Notes: generated by a model from the sequence alone, not told the origin. Numbered from the stretch's first letter, positions 30,072 through 39,021 are shown. The stretch is DNA of 42,975 nt from a virus (IMGVR_UViG_2663763400_000010), one strand, 5' to 3'. Numbers and translations are program-made.

Positions 30072-31067
30072 TTACACCAGTACGCCAATTGCCAGCGCAC
30101 GATCGATAAAACGAAATATCAGCTCCAGCTGGGAGCCATACATCTCTTCAAATGCCACGGTATCCGCATGCAGCTCGTCGTGATGCTTTCTGCACAAAGG
30201 CAACACAAAAAGGTCATGCGCTTTTGTACCCATTCCACCCTGTCCGTGGCCTATCAGGTGGTGGGGATCATCAGCGGGCTTTCCACAACATGCACACGAC
30301 TGTGTCTTAACCCAGCGCGTGTACTTTTCATTAACCCAGCGGCGACGTTTTGGGCGTAACATAAAAGACTCCGGCGACTCCGGATCCACTTTCAGCGCCA
30401 GCACCTTTTTCGCCTTATCCTGGATGATGCTGGTGGCAGGAACCGAAGGCACAAGGTCACTTTCCCGGGTGACAGACGGCACAACAGGCTTCGGTAATCT
30501 CAGTGCCTTACGGGCTGCACTTTCCGGTAAGGCATCCGCCAGATCATTACGAACCAGCCACCAGCACAGTTCCGGCATTGTCACAACGTGACTGTCATCA
30601 AAACCGAGATCCCGACGCACAACAGACAACACCCAGCGGGCACAGTTATCCGTTGCCATTGATTCCAGCCGTTCCGTGAACTGATCGCGAAGCAGGTTAT
30701 CGCAGTGCCAGCACAGACGGATTGCGCCCGGCGCGTGTCGCATTGTGGTCATGTTCTCGCTGTGCCATCCGGAATGAGGCCACTGACAGCCCTTTTCACG
30801 AAGTAACCAGCTTTCAAGACATTCCACACCCCCCGCACGACGAATAACTGCCTCATTGCGGAACACGGCCCGAATGGCAGGATCATCCGCCAGCGGTTGT
30901 GATGCCGCCGGAACGGCACCACTGGCAAAAGATGAATAACGTTCCGGCTCAGGCTCCAGCAGGACACGCCCCTGCATAAACAGGGGCATCAGCTCTGAAC
31001 CGGGCCTGAACAATACGATCCCCATACGCGGGGCAATTTCAGGGGTCAGTAGTGCTCTCACGGTCAC
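30072..31067 (-). CDS. DUF968-like protein with C-terminal HNH-like zinc motif
   Basis: C-terminus CACCGKPADDPHHLIGHGQGGMGTKAHDLFVLPLCRKHHDELH. Confidence 0.55.
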   Translation of the reverse strand: MTVRALLTPEIAPRMGIVLFRPGSELMPLFMQGRVLLEPEPERYSSFASGAVPAASQPLADDPAIRAVFRNEAVIRRAGGVECLESWLLREKGCQWPHSGWHSENMTTMRHAPGAIRLCWHCDNLLRDQFTERLESMATDNCARWVLSVVRRDLGFDDSHVVTMPELCWWLVRNDLADALPESAARKALRLPKPVVPSVTRESDLVPSVPATSIIQDKAKKVLALKVDPESPESFMLRPKRRRWVNEKYTRWVKTQSCACCGKPADDPHHLIGHGQGGMGTKAHDLFVLPLCRKHHDELHADTVAFEEMYGSQLELIFRFIDRALAIGVLV

Positions 31068-31068
31068 C

Positions 31069-31866
31069 TCAATGAACGGTATCGAGCAGCTTTAACAGCT
31101 CAGGGAATCGGGATTCGAAGAAATGCGGCTGCGTCTCGCGCGGATTTGCAGGACTGGTGATGTTCTTGCCGAACATGCAGCCTTTCGCCGTCAGCGACCA
31201 GAATTTTTTGATGTTGTTAATCGCTGTACGGCTGTATCGTTCGCGCTGTTCGACGATCCCCAGCTTCGCCATCTGGTGATATGCCTGATTAGCCGTAAGG
31301 CGGATACCATACTGTTTCAGCAGTGCACTCAGCGACAGTGTCGGGCGACTTGAGCCATCAGGCGCGTCAGCAGGAGCATCAATGGCATAGCGCGGTGCCA
31401 GATTCGGTAAGCCAACAGCCTCCTGAAGCTTCTGACAGGCTCCAAGCACTGATGAGTTAGACAGGTTTAATTCCCGGCGCATAAAGTCCAGCAGGATCAC
31501 GCCAGCCTGCATCTTGTCAGCAGCCTGCCCGGATAATTTTTCCGGTGTGCTGGTTACCATATCGAAAGTACGGATCACCTTCAGATGGAATGACGGGCTT
31601 ATCCACATTGCATAGGCATACACCAGTTCTTTGCAGACATACGTCCCCTGGTTATTTCCGCCACGAATAACGTTAACTGGCTCTATATTGACCGAGTTGC
31701 AAATCTGCAACTCGCTTATTAAACGTTCAGTTTGCTCATTGCGGAGCCAGAATGCAGGCTTATGCTTATCCAGAGAACCGGCAGCCCTGTGCAGATCGTT
31801 CAGGCTGTAACGCCCATAAGCATCACGACGAACTTCAATACCATCAATAACCATCAGATTATTCAT
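31069..31866 (-). CDS. KilA-N domain protein
   Basis: N-terminal IDGIEVRRDAYGRYSLNDLHRAAG ... AFWLRNEQTERLISEL ... GTYVCKELVYAYAMWISPSFHLKVIRTFD has the KilA-N pattern. Confidence 0.7.
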   Translation of the reverse strand: MNNLMVIDGIEVRRDAYGRYSLNDLHRAAGSLDKHKPAFWLRNEQTERLISELQICNSVNIEPVNVIRGGNNQGTYVCKELVYAYAMWISPSFHLKVIRTFDMVTSTPEKLSGQAADKMQAGVILLDFMRRELNLSNSSVLGACQKLQEAVGLPNLAPRYAIDAPADAPDGSSRPTLSLSALLKQYGIRLTANQAYHQMAKLGIVEQRERYSRTAINNIKKFWSLTAKGCMFGKNITSPANPRETQPHFFESRFPELLKLLDTVH

Positions 31867-31885
31867 ACTTCGTTTCTCCTCTTAA

Positions 31886-32275
31886 TCAGGCAGCTGCACC
31901 CGCCGTTTTCTCGTACTTACTGATAGTGATCTCGACCTTCCCTTCCGGGATAACCGGTCCCCACTCCACCAGCATTCTTTTCACCTGACTGTCGTCTTCC
32001 CACACACCCGCGTGGGTCAGGGCGTCAAACAGCGCCTTGTTATAGTTGTCCAGATCGCGGATCCGGTTATCCGGAGGAAACAACACGATCTCCACTGAAG
32101 CAGGTGCCGACGTTGGTTTTGGCAGACGACGTAACTGCTCAACTATTGCTGCACACGCCGCGCTCTGGAATTTGCGCCCCGCCGCGCTTATCAGGCTCTT
32201 ACCAGCAAACGCCCCTTTGTTGGGGTGTCGCCAGTACGTGTTCACGCTGGGCGGAAACGGCAGAATCAGCTTCAT
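31886..32275 (-). CDS. rusA: Holliday junction resolvase RusA
   Basis: 129 aa with RDLDNYNKALFDALTHAGVWEDDSQV acidic catalytic motif typical of RusA. Confidence 0.75.
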   Translation of the reverse strand: MKLILPFPPSVNTYWRHPNKGAFAGKSLISAAGRKFQSAACAAIVEQLRRLPKPTSAPASVEIVLFPPDNRIRDLDNYNKALFDALTHAGVWEDDSQVKRMLVEWGPVIPEGKVEITISKYEKTAGAAA

Positions 32276-32598
32276 ACTTTCAGGCCCCTCTCATGTAACC
32301 AGTGGGCTGCACGCAGCCTGGCGTTTTCCTTACCGGCAAGCAGTGAGCGGATAATCCCGACCGCCTCGCTGTCGTCGTCCTTCACCGCGGTATGAAGAGT
32401 GATACCCCGGGCCACGCCACGCTTTATCGTGATGACGCCTTTTTTCTCCAGTGCTCGAAGATGCTCCACCGCTGCATTCACTGAACGGTATCCCAGCATG
32501 GTTGCCACCTCCTGATTGGTTGGCGGGAAGCCACGTTCTTTCTGATAAGAAATCAGCATATCCAGCACCTGCTGCTGGCATTGAGTTAACGTCGTCAT
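32272..32598 (-). CDS. LexA N-terminal DNA-binding-domain-like protein (no peptidase domain)
   Basis: LTQCQQQVLDMLISYQKERGFPPTNQEVATMLGYRSVNAAVEHLRALEKKGVI parallels the recalled LexA winged-helix; only 108 aa, with no S24 domain. Confidence 0.55.
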   Translation of the reverse strand: MTTLTQCQQQVLDMLISYQKERGFPPTNQEVATMLGYRSVNAAVEHLRALEKKGVITIKRGVARGITLHTAVKDDDSEAVGIIRSLLAGKENARLRAAHWLHERGLKV

Positions 32599-33248
32599 GC
32601 CGCCATCTCCCTGAGCAGTTTTTCCGCCTGCTGGCGAACCTGCGCCAGAAACGCCTCACCACATGCCTCAAGTTCATCGCGCCCGATGTAGCTGATTGCC
32701 GGTCCCTTCCAGGTCTTGTCAAAAACAGCAATAGCACCAGCGAAGAAAGCTCCTGTCGGCACCTGCTTCTCGTCTTTCGGGATAAACCAGACAGGCAGTT
32801 CAAAACCAATACGCCCGCGAATAAAAGCAATATGATCTGCATCTTCCGGCCACCACACTTCGCTGGTGGCAGCTTTGATCAGGAAAACATAGCGCCCGCC
32901 TTTATCACGCATGGCACTGGCATGCTTCATGATGTAACGCATGCCGGTGATGTATTGCCCCTCATGCTGACTGGCGCGGCTGTATGGGGGATTACCAAAG
33001 GCAGCACCTTTAAGCTCCGCAAGACGTTCTGACCAGTCATGCGCCAGCGCATTGTCTTCCGCCGTGTAATACGCGGCACATTTGGCGTTACCACCGTCGG
33101 TGAACAGATCCAGAACAAACGGGCCAAACAGGGTGTTAATTCCCCAGAAAATGTTGTCCGGCGTGCGCCACTGATCGCCCACTTCCTTCAGTTCATGGGC
33201 TGGTTTGTTCCGCAGCTCCACCAGCGCCTGGCAATATTTATTACTCAT
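32595..33248 (-). CDS. phage DNA N6-adenine methyltransferase
   Basis: GNPPYS (DPPY-type) catalytic motif; ATG at 33248 overlaps the upstream stop. Confidence 0.75.
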   Translation of the reverse strand: MSNKYCQALVELRNKPAHELKEVGDQWRTPDNIFWGINTLFGPFVLDLFTDGGNAKCAAYYTAEDNALAHDWSERLAELKGAAFGNPPYSRASQHEGQYITGMRYIMKHASAMRDKGGRYVFLIKAATSEVWWPEDADHIAFIRGRIGFELPVWFIPKDEKQVPTGAFFAGAIAVFDKTWKGPAISYIGRDELEACGEAFLAQVRQQAEKLLREMAA

Positions 33249-33742
33249 TAAGCCCCCACGTAATTCCCTGACAGATACCACTCTTCACCCGATGCAGCGC
33301 GCTTGCTGCTTTTCCGTAAGCACCGCTCACGACGCGCCAGAAAATTGTTTCGTTCTGGCTGGGAGTGGCTTTCACGGAATGCCGCCATCCACACGGTTGC
33401 AGCACGACGGTATAAACCCCTGGACTCCAGTTCTTCAGCCTGGCGGGTCAGGCACAAAATCACCCGTGGATCGTTAGTGCCGACATAGAAATTGCGCACA
33501 GGTCTGGTTTCTCGAACTGGTTGTGGTTCCGGTTCCTGCGCTCTCTCAGTCAGGCGCGGGAAATGTCTGCGTGTATCTCCTTCACAACGGTGAGCCACAC
33601 GCCCACTCTGACGTAACTTGCTTGCTGACTGCAGAACGCGCTGTCGTGAGTAACCTGCAAAAGCATCCGCAATGTCACCGGAAGTACACCCCGGATGGGC
33701 TTCAATGAATTTCTGAACGTCATTTAACAGACTCATGATCAC
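33248..33742 (-). CDS. PerC-family-like transcriptional regulator
   Basis: C-terminal AEELESRGLYRRAATVWMAAF resembles the recalled PerC/Pch motif (LE.KGLWRRAA.RW); the N-terminal region looks like a winged helix. Confidence 0.45.
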   Translation of the reverse strand: MIMSLLNDVQKFIEAHPGCTSGDIADAFAGYSRQRVLQSASKLRQSGRVAHRCEGDTRRHFPRLTERAQEPEPQPVRETRPVRNFYVGTNDPRVILCLTRQAEELESRGLYRRAATVWMAAFRESHSQPERNNFLARRERCLRKSSKRAASGEEWYLSGNYVGA

Positions 33743-34680
33743 CCCCTGAATCCTGCCGGGATCTGGCTGTAGTCCACGTTGTCGTAACTGGCTTTGAAGT
33801 ACGGGTCCTCGCGTTTTTCGGTGTACGTACTTACGGACGGCGATAAGCGCAGGGAAAGCTCATCCCATTTTTCCCGCAGCTTCGACGGGCTGAGCACGTT
33901 ACGGCACCAGAACGGATCGCGGCTGACGCGGCTGTACATCTCGCAGATTTGTTTGTGAGTACGACCATCCTGCACACACATCAGGCGAATTTCGTTTGCC
34001 CAGGCTGTCCAGTTCGGTTCTTTGGGACGAACCACCTCGCCGTCACATTCGGCAGCCTGCTCGTACAGGGCGATGATTTTTTTCCAGAGCCACTGTGCGC
34101 AGGTCAAATCATCCTGCGTTCCCCACTGGCGCTTTTTAGGGCTGAATACAACAGCATCAGGATGGCGAGTTAAAAACTCCTGTTCAGCCGTCTGCGTGTC
34201 CGGTTGCGAAGCGTCCGGACGAGAAGTTTTTTTATCTGACGGATCATGTTTTGATTTTACTGACGGATCCCCGCCAGATTCTGACGGGTGAAAACCCGCT
34301 TTTTTGCCAGATTTCGACGCATCAAATTTTGACGGGGCAGATTTTGATGCGTCAGATTTTGACGGGTCAGAATCTGACAGTTGAGAAAATGCCGCTGCCT
34401 GAAGCTTCGCAACGTTAAGCTGATAAACATTCGACGCATTGCGGTTACCCTGGCGACGCGCCTTACGCGTTAACCAGCCTTCTGCTTCCAGCCGTGCGAT
34501 AGCCGTTCTGACGGTACTCATCCCCGCGCCAATCTGGCGGGCAATGGTTTCAATTGATGGCCAGCACACACCTTCGTCATTACTGAAATCAGCCAGGCGG
34601 GCCATAATTGCCACGCTGGATAACTTCATGCCTGACGCAGCGCAACCATCCCATACATAGCCGGTTAATTTAGTGCTCAT
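33739..34680 (-). CDS. replication initiation protein (lambda O-like) with internal origin iterons
   Basis: N-terminal HTH (SIETIARQIGAGMSTVRTAIARLEAEGWL); the central coding region contains about 8 direct repeats, as for ori-lambda inside the O gene. Confidence 0.65.
   Translation of the reverse strand: MSTKLTGYVWDGCAASGMKLSSVAIMARLADFSNDEGVCWPSIETIARQIGAGMSTVRTAIARLEAEGWLTRKARRQGNRNASNVYQLNVAKLQAAAFSQLSDSDPSKSDASKSAPSKFDASKSGKKAGFHPSESGGDPSVKSKHDPSDKKTSRPDASQPDTQTAEQEFLTRHPDAVVFSPKKRQWGTQDDLTCAQWLWKKIIALYEQAAECDGEVVRPKEPNWTAWANEIRLMCVQDGRTHKQICEMYSRVSRDPFWCRNVLSPSKLREKWDELSLRLSPSVSTYTEKREDPYFKASYDNVDYSQIPAGFRG
34230..34385. repeat. iteron array (putative replication origin)
   Basis: About 8 copies of a roughly 14-bp unit close to GATTTTGACGGNTC (TTATCTGACGGATC, TTTTACTGACGGATC, GATTCTGACGGGTG, GATTTCGACGCATC, AATTTTGACGGGGC, GATTTTGATGCGTC, GATTTTGACGGGTC, GAATCTGACAGTTG). 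Confidence 0.6.
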
Positions 34681-34689
34681 GACCGACCT

Positions 34690-35028
34690 CTATTTCCCTG
34701 AATTTACGACGAAACTGTTCGAGCGGACTGAAGCATTCATGCTCATAGCCTTCGCGGAGGTAGATAACCCGTTGTGTTTCCGGTTCCCAACGAATGACTC
34801 TGACGGGCACTCCGTAGTGATCTTTGAACCAGCGGTTAACTTGTCGCAAAGGACTGTCTCCTTCTGCCGGTTGAAATCACCCACAGCCCACTCAGCAAAG
34901 CTGTGGGTTACAATTTCCCTGTCACCTGGTACATTTACTGCATAGCAATACTCCACCTTCGCTTTTCCACCCGGTACAGGAAGCGCAATCAGTTGCGAGC
35001 GACGGTAGTGTGTTGTTAAACTGTTCAT
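34690..35028 (-). CDS. hypothetical early protein
   Basis: 112 aa; ATGA overlap with the upstream gene; preferred over the antisense plus-strand ORF because it fits the operon. Confidence 0.45.
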   Translation of the reverse strand: MNSLTTHYRRSQLIALPVPGGKAKVEYCYAVNVPGDREIVTHSFAEWAVGDFNRQKETVLCDKLTAGSKITTECPSESFVGNRKHNGLSTSAKAMSMNASVRSNSFVVNSGK

Positions 35029-35588
35029 GCGTTAGTTTCTCCACAGTCACGACACGCCACGGCGCCCGGAGCTGCACACTCGCGGGCGTCACTACTTTCT
35101 GAAACGCAAAAGATTTTGTAGACCAGTGCTGCATGCTCCTGCAGCTTCGAAATTGAGAGGTACAGCTCATCGTTAATTGCTGTCTTCTCATGCGGTTCCA
35201 CTACACCGTCTTCAATTGCTGAACGAATCTGTTTTGAATAACTGCCGATCTGTTCAATGACCTCCAGCAGGCGTTGGTTGATATCGGCGTTGTCCACATC
35301 CTCGACGTCAGGAAGAGACACAAAGACGCCATTTGCAGACTGCGCCACAGCATCAGCAATGAAGTGAGTGCCACCAGCACGCTGTAAAACCATTGCCCAT
35401 CCCAGCGGGAAAATCTGATCGCCATCTGCACGAAGGCGGTTGAATAAAGCGTTTTCTGTTACATCGAGCCAGTCAGCCGCTTCAGCGTAACCACCCGGCA
35501 ACGCCGCGATCGTTTTTCTGACAGCTTTCACGTACCACTCAGGCTGTTTTTCTATTTTCCAGTGATGCTTACCCACGATTAGCCTCAT
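35025..35588 (-). CDS. hypothetical early protein (cII position)
   Basis: 187 aa directly downstream of the cro-like gene; no motif recognised. Confidence 0.45.
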   Translation of the reverse strand: MRLIVGKHHWKIEKQPEWYVKAVRKTIAALPGGYAEAADWLDVTENALFNRLRADGDQIFPLGWAMVLQRAGGTHFIADAVAQSANGVFVSLPDVEDVDNADINQRLLEVIEQIGSYSKQIRSAIEDGVVEPHEKTAINDELYLSISKLQEHAALVYKIFCVSESSDARECAAPGAVACRDCGETNA

Positions 35589-35619
35589 CGTTCTGTGGTT
35601 AAAAATTGAAAGTGTTCTG

Positions 35620-35820
35620 CTAATCTTTCGGATAGATATCCGGTCTTAAGTCAGATTTCGTAATTGCACCTGACGTGCATTGCTCAAGTTTTTTAGCCAG
35701 CACAAAACTGGCTTTTTTATAGCCATTGAAAACCAGCCGTAAGTAGCCAGGTGTTGAGCCAACTTTTCCGGCCAACTCGCCCTGCTGTTCTTTGGTTAAA
35801 GAGTCCCAATACGCTTTCAT
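35620..35820 (-). CDS. Cro-like repressor (66 aa)
   Basis: MKAYWDSLTKEQQGELAGKVGSTPGYLRLVFNGYKKASFVLAKKLEQCTSGAI has an HTH; divergent from cI across the operator region; GGAGG ribosome-binding site. The long ORF-track extension to 36123 is rejected. Confidence 0.6.
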   Translation of the reverse strand: MKAYWDSLTKEQQGELAGKVGSTPGYLRLVFNGYKKASFVLAKKLEQCTSGAITKSDLRPDIYPKD

Positions 35821-35823
35821 ACA

Positions 35824-35846
35824 ATGTGTACCTCCGGTGTACATAT
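35824..35846. promoter_or_regulatory. operator-like palindrome (OR site)
   Basis: ATGTGTAC-CTCCGGT-GTACATAT in the cI/cro intergenic region. Confidence 0.5.
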
Positions 35847-35874
35847 TACATGATTGAAATGAACCTTCAAGATA

Positions 35875-35895
35875 CTTGTACCTTAACGGTACAAG
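35875..35895. promoter_or_regulatory. operator-like palindrome (OR site)
   Basis: CTTGTACC-TTAAC-GGTACAAG; shares the TGTACC/GGTACA half-sites with the first site. Confidence 0.5.
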
Positions 35896-35910
35896 GGTTT
35901 TAATTTCGTT

Positions 35911-36585
35911 ATGAAAACAATCCATGACATCCGGCGGTCTAACGCCAGAAAACTGAGAGATGGTGTTGGCGGGAATTCTTCCTTTGCCACTATGATTGAT
36001 CGCGAGCCAACCCAGACCAGCAGGTTTATGGGAGATGGTGCTACTAAAAATATCGGTGACAGCATGGCACGACACATCGAAAAATGTTTCGACCTGCCTG
36101 TCGGATGGCTCGATCAAGAACACCAGACAACGAACATCACAAAAAAACCTGATGTTTCAATCACTAATAAACAAATCACATTAGTCCCTGTCATATCATG
36201 GGTACAGGCCGGAGCATGGAAAGAAGTTGGATATTCTGAGGTTGATTTGAGCACAGCAGAAACGTATCCCTGCCCTGTACCCTGTGGGGAAATGACTTAT
36301 ATCTTGCGGGTGATAGGTGATTCAATGATTGATGAGTACCGCCCGGGAGACATGATTTTTGTCGATCCTGAAGTACCTGCCTGCCACGGTGACGACGTTA
36401 TTGCATTGATGCACGATACAGGTGAAACCACCTTCAAAAGGTTGATAGAAGATGGGACACAGCGTTATCTCAAAGCGTTAAACCCAAACTGGCCTGAGCC
36501 TTACATTAAGATCAACGGTAATTGCTCTATAATTGGTACTGTGATTTTCTCAGGAAAACCAAGAAGATACAAAATCAAAGCCTAA
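35911..36585 (+). CDS. CI-like prophage repressor (HTH plus S24 LexA-like peptidase domain)
   Basis: C-terminal ...ISWVQAGAWKEV...RVIGDSMIDEYRPGDMIFVDP...TFKRL...KALNPNWPEPYIKINGNCSIIGTVI closely parallels recalled P22 C2/lambda CI (Ser in GDSM, Lys in KRL). Confidence 0.85.
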   Translation: MKTIHDIRRSNARKLRDGVGGNSSFATMIDREPTQTSRFMGDGATKNIGDSMARHIEKCFDLPVGWLDQEHQTTNITKKPDVSITNKQITLVPVISWVQAGAWKEVGYSEVDLSTAETYPCPVPCGEMTYILRVIGDSMIDEYRPGDMIFVDPEVPACHGDDVIALMHDTGETTFKRLIEDGTQRYLKALNPNWPEPYIKINGNCSIIGTVIFSGKPRRYKIKA

Positions 36586-36598
36586 TCAATGTTTATGA

Positions 36599-36621
36599 AC
36601 CTGCTTCGGCAGGTTTTTTTA
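36599..36621 (+). terminator. Rho-independent terminator downstream of cI
   Basis: ACCTGC-TTCG-GCAGGT hairpin followed by TTTTTTT. Confidence 0.7.
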
Positions 36622-36732
36622 TACTTGACAATGTACCTTTGAGATACATAATGTACCCAAGAGAAACAACAAACAGGCAGGACGCCCACGAAGTAGCCGC
36701 CTGGGGCATATGAAGTCCAGGATGATTCGTTA

Positions 36733-36760
36733 GCAACAAAAAAGCGCCCTATAGGACGCT
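36733..36760 (-). terminator. intrinsic terminator downstream of the secreted-protein gene
   Basis: Minus strand reads AGCGTCCTATAGGGCGCT followed by TTTTTT. Confidence 0.45.
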
Positions 36761-36787
36761 TCGCTCTTTAACAATCTGGATGACTTA

Positions 36788-37300
36788 TTACTCAGATTTG
36801 AACTTTGGTTCTGGCAAAAGAGGAGGAGTTGAGTCCTCGAATCGTAGCCAGTGCTCCCAGATATCGTGGGATTGTAATTCCAGAAGACCAATTTGACGTG
36901 ATGCAACTGCAGTGCCAGCTATAGTTCCTCCTGCATAATCAACCTGGACGGACTTTGACGCTTTCTCAATTAATTCTGTCCAAGCTTCACTTTCCGCGTT
37001 AAAAGAAGCAGTTAATTCCTGCAGACGCTGTGGATCATCCTTGTTGTCTTGTTTCAAACGATTCAGGGCGGCCACCGAATACTTATTCTTAACCCAACTA
37101 ACCTGAGCTAACTGAACTCTCTGACAAGCGTCCATATCAGTAGTTGTTTCCTGAGGCATATCAAAGCAGGAAATAAAAAAAGTCTCAACACCATCATTTA
37201 GACTACTGCTCGGCTGGTTCAAAGCATCAGAAGCATTGGATGCTATCGGTATTATCAGTGCTACCGACAGAATCAAACGTTTAACATAAATCGCTCCCAT
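36788..37300 (-). CDS. secreted protein, possibly DUF1311/LprI-like (moron)
   Basis: N-terminal signal peptide (LILSVALIIPIASNA); pattern ...CQRVQLAQVSWVKNKYS... loosely resembles the LprI-family motif. Own terminator, and opposite strand to its neighbours. Confidence 0.45.
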   Translation of the reverse strand: MGAIYVKRLILSVALIIPIASNASDALNQPSSSLNDGVETFFISCFDMPQETTTDMDACQRVQLAQVSWVKNKYSVAALNRLKQDNKDDPQRLQELTASFNAESEAWTELIEKASKSVQVDYAGGTIAGTAVASRQIGLLELQSHDIWEHWLRFEDSTPPLLPEPKFKSE

Positions 37301-37585
37301 TTAATTATCCCCTCTAAGAACAGAGTCATCCAGATTAGCCGAATCCTTGTTGTTGGGGAATAACCAGGCCCACCTCGCCTGATGTGGCTAAAAGCAGGCA
37401 CATAACAGCTAAGTATTTTCAACCAGAGAGAATCCTTAGCGTTGTGGTGAATGCGGCTCAGCGCACGCGGGTTAAGGTTGAGGCTGACAGTCGACCTTCT
37501 GTGGATACCCACCCGCCTGGTGTGCAACCTTCGCCAGGCACCGGGAGGCACCCGGCACCACAACTTTATGCTGTGTGTAGTCCTG

Positions 37586-37631
37586 GCGGTACCAGCTTGT
37601 ACCCTTGCTTCCGGCTGGTACCGCTCTTTTT
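37586..37631 (+). terminator. strong intrinsic terminator-like hairpin in the early-left leader
   Basis: GCGGTACCAGC ...17 nt... GCTGGTACCGC (11-bp stem) followed by TCTTTTT. Confidence 0.5.
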
Positions 37632-37720
37632 ACAAAACAGAGAAGAGCATCACCGGACGACGGGCTCATAACCCAATCCACCCGGGCGGCTGCCACCGCA
37701 GGTGTTCTTCTCTGTTTTGT
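37632..37720. repeat. 15-bp perfect inverted repeat enclosing 59 nt (structured leader element)
   Basis: ACAAAACAGAGAAGA at 37632-37646 and its exact reverse complement TCTTCTCTGTTTTGT at 37706-37720; non-coding. Confidence 0.5.
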
Positions 37721-37768
37721 GGAGAAACCAACCGACCTTGCAGGGTCGATATGATGAGGAGCAGCAAA

Positions 37769-38131
37769 ATGGCTAGCGAACGCAGTACCAACGTGCAGGA
37801 ATTTATCGGGGAGCTGGACGGCGGCGTATTTGAAACCAAAATCGGCGCAGTTCTCAGTGAAGTCGCTTCCGGTGTGATGAACACGAAAACCAAAGGTAAG
37901 GTCTCGCTCAACCTGGAAATCGAACCGTTTGATGAGAACCGTGTGAAAATAAAACACAAACTCTCATATGTTCGTCCGACTAACCGCGGGAAAATTTCCG
38001 AAGAAGACACCACCGAAACGCCGATGTATGTCAATCGCGGTGGTCGCCTGACTATTCTGCAGGAAGACCAGGGACAATTACTGACTCTTGCCGGTGAACC
38101 TGACGGAAAACTCCGCGCAGCAGGTCATTAA
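37769..38131 (+). CDS. YfdP-like early protein
   Basis: ATG at 37769 with a GAGGAG ribosome-binding site (MASERSTNVQEFIGELDGG...); recalled to resemble CPS-53 YfdP. The upstream in-frame extension of the ORF track (from 37451) is rejected. Confidence 0.5.
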   Translation: MASERSTNVQEFIGELDGGVFETKIGAVLSEVASGVMNTKTKGKVSLNLEIEPFDENRVKIKHKLSYVRPTNRGKISEEDTTETPMYVNRGGRLTILQEDQGQLLTLAGEPDGKLRAAGH

Positions 38132-38196
38132 TATCGTTCTTAATTAACTGATTATTTATCTCATCACTGAATATCTTTATATAGTGAGGACTTATT

Positions 38197-39021
38197 ATGT
38201 CTCAGAACTTAGACGCAACCGCAATTAATCAAATCCATGCCCTTATTTCTGCTCAGGGTGTTAATGAAATTATCAGTAAGATTGGTGCCGACGCAGTGGC
38301 ATTACCTGAAAATTTCCGCATTCATGATCTGGAAAAATTTAATTTAAATCGCTTCCGTTTCCGTGGTGCGCTTTCCACTGCCAGCATCGATGACTTTACC
38401 CGTTATTCTAAAGATCTTGCGGATGAAGGCACCCGCTGCTTTATCGATGCCGATAATATGCGTGCCGTCAGTGTGCTTAACCTGGGTACTATTGATGAGC
38501 CTGGTCACGCAGATAACACCGCCACTCTCAAACTGAAAAAGACAGCACCGTTCTCTGCTCTGTTGTCTGTTAACGGCGAGCGTAACTCCCAGAAGTCACT
38601 GGCAGAATGGATTGAAGACTGGGCCGACTACCTTGTGGGCTTTGATGCTAATGGTGATGCCATTCAGGCAACAAAAGCGGCTGCGGCAGTCCGTAAAATC
38701 ACGATTGAAGCAAACCAGACCGCTGATTTTGAAGACAATGACTTCAGCGGCAAACGCTCCCTGATGGAGTCTGTCGAAGCGAAGACCAAAGATATTATGC
38801 CAGTGGCATTTGAATTTAAATGCGTTCCGTTTGAAGGCCTGAAAGAACGTCCGTTTAAATTACGCCTCAGCATTATCACTGGCGATCGTCCTGTACTGGT
38901 TCTGCGCATTATTCAGCTGGAAGCAGTGCAGGAAGAAATGGCTAACGAATTTCGTGATCTGCTTGTTGAGAAATTCAAGGACAGCAAAGTAGAAACCTTT
39001 ATTGGTACTTTTACCGCCTGA
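38197..39021 (+). CDS. YfdQ-like protein (DUF2303)
   Basis: 274 aa, same length and gene order as recalled CPS-53 yfdP-yfdQ-yfdR; good ribosome-binding site. Confidence 0.55.
   Translation: MSQNLDATAINQIHALISAQGVNEIISKIGADAVALPENFRIHDLEKFNLNRFRFRGALSTASIDDFTRYSKDLADEGTRCFIDADNMRAVSVLNLGTIDEPGHADNTATLKLKKTAPFSALLSVNGERNSQKSLAEWIEDWADYLVGFDANGDAIQATKAAAAVRKITIEANQTADFEDNDFSGKRSLMESVEAKTKDIMPVAFEFKCVPFEGLKERPFKLRLSIITGDRPVLVLRIIQLEAVQEEMANEFRDLLVEKFKDSKVETFIGTFTA

Noticed and set aside
34673-34945. 90-aa plus-strand ORF between the replication and early genes
   Set aside because: Overlaps the minus-strand ORF 34690-35028, which is coupled (ATGA overlap) to the surrounding minus-strand operon.
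35620-36123. 167-aa version of the cro-like ORF
   Set aside because: The N-terminal 100 codons would run antisense through the operator region and the cI start. An ATG at 35820 with a GGAGG ribosome-binding site gives a 66-aa Cro-sized HTH protein.
37632-37720. Retron msr/msd-like element suggested by the long perfect inverted repeat
   Set aside because: No reverse transcriptase gene is nearby; the flanking genes are yfdP/yfdQ/HD-hydrolase-like early genes.
37451-38131. 226-aa ORF in the six-frame track spanning the structured leader and the yfdP-like gene
   Set aside because: The first ~100 codons lie in sequence dominated by hairpins and inverted repeats with no ribosome-binding site. A GAGGAG site precedes the internal ATG at 37769, so only 37769-38131 is called as coding.
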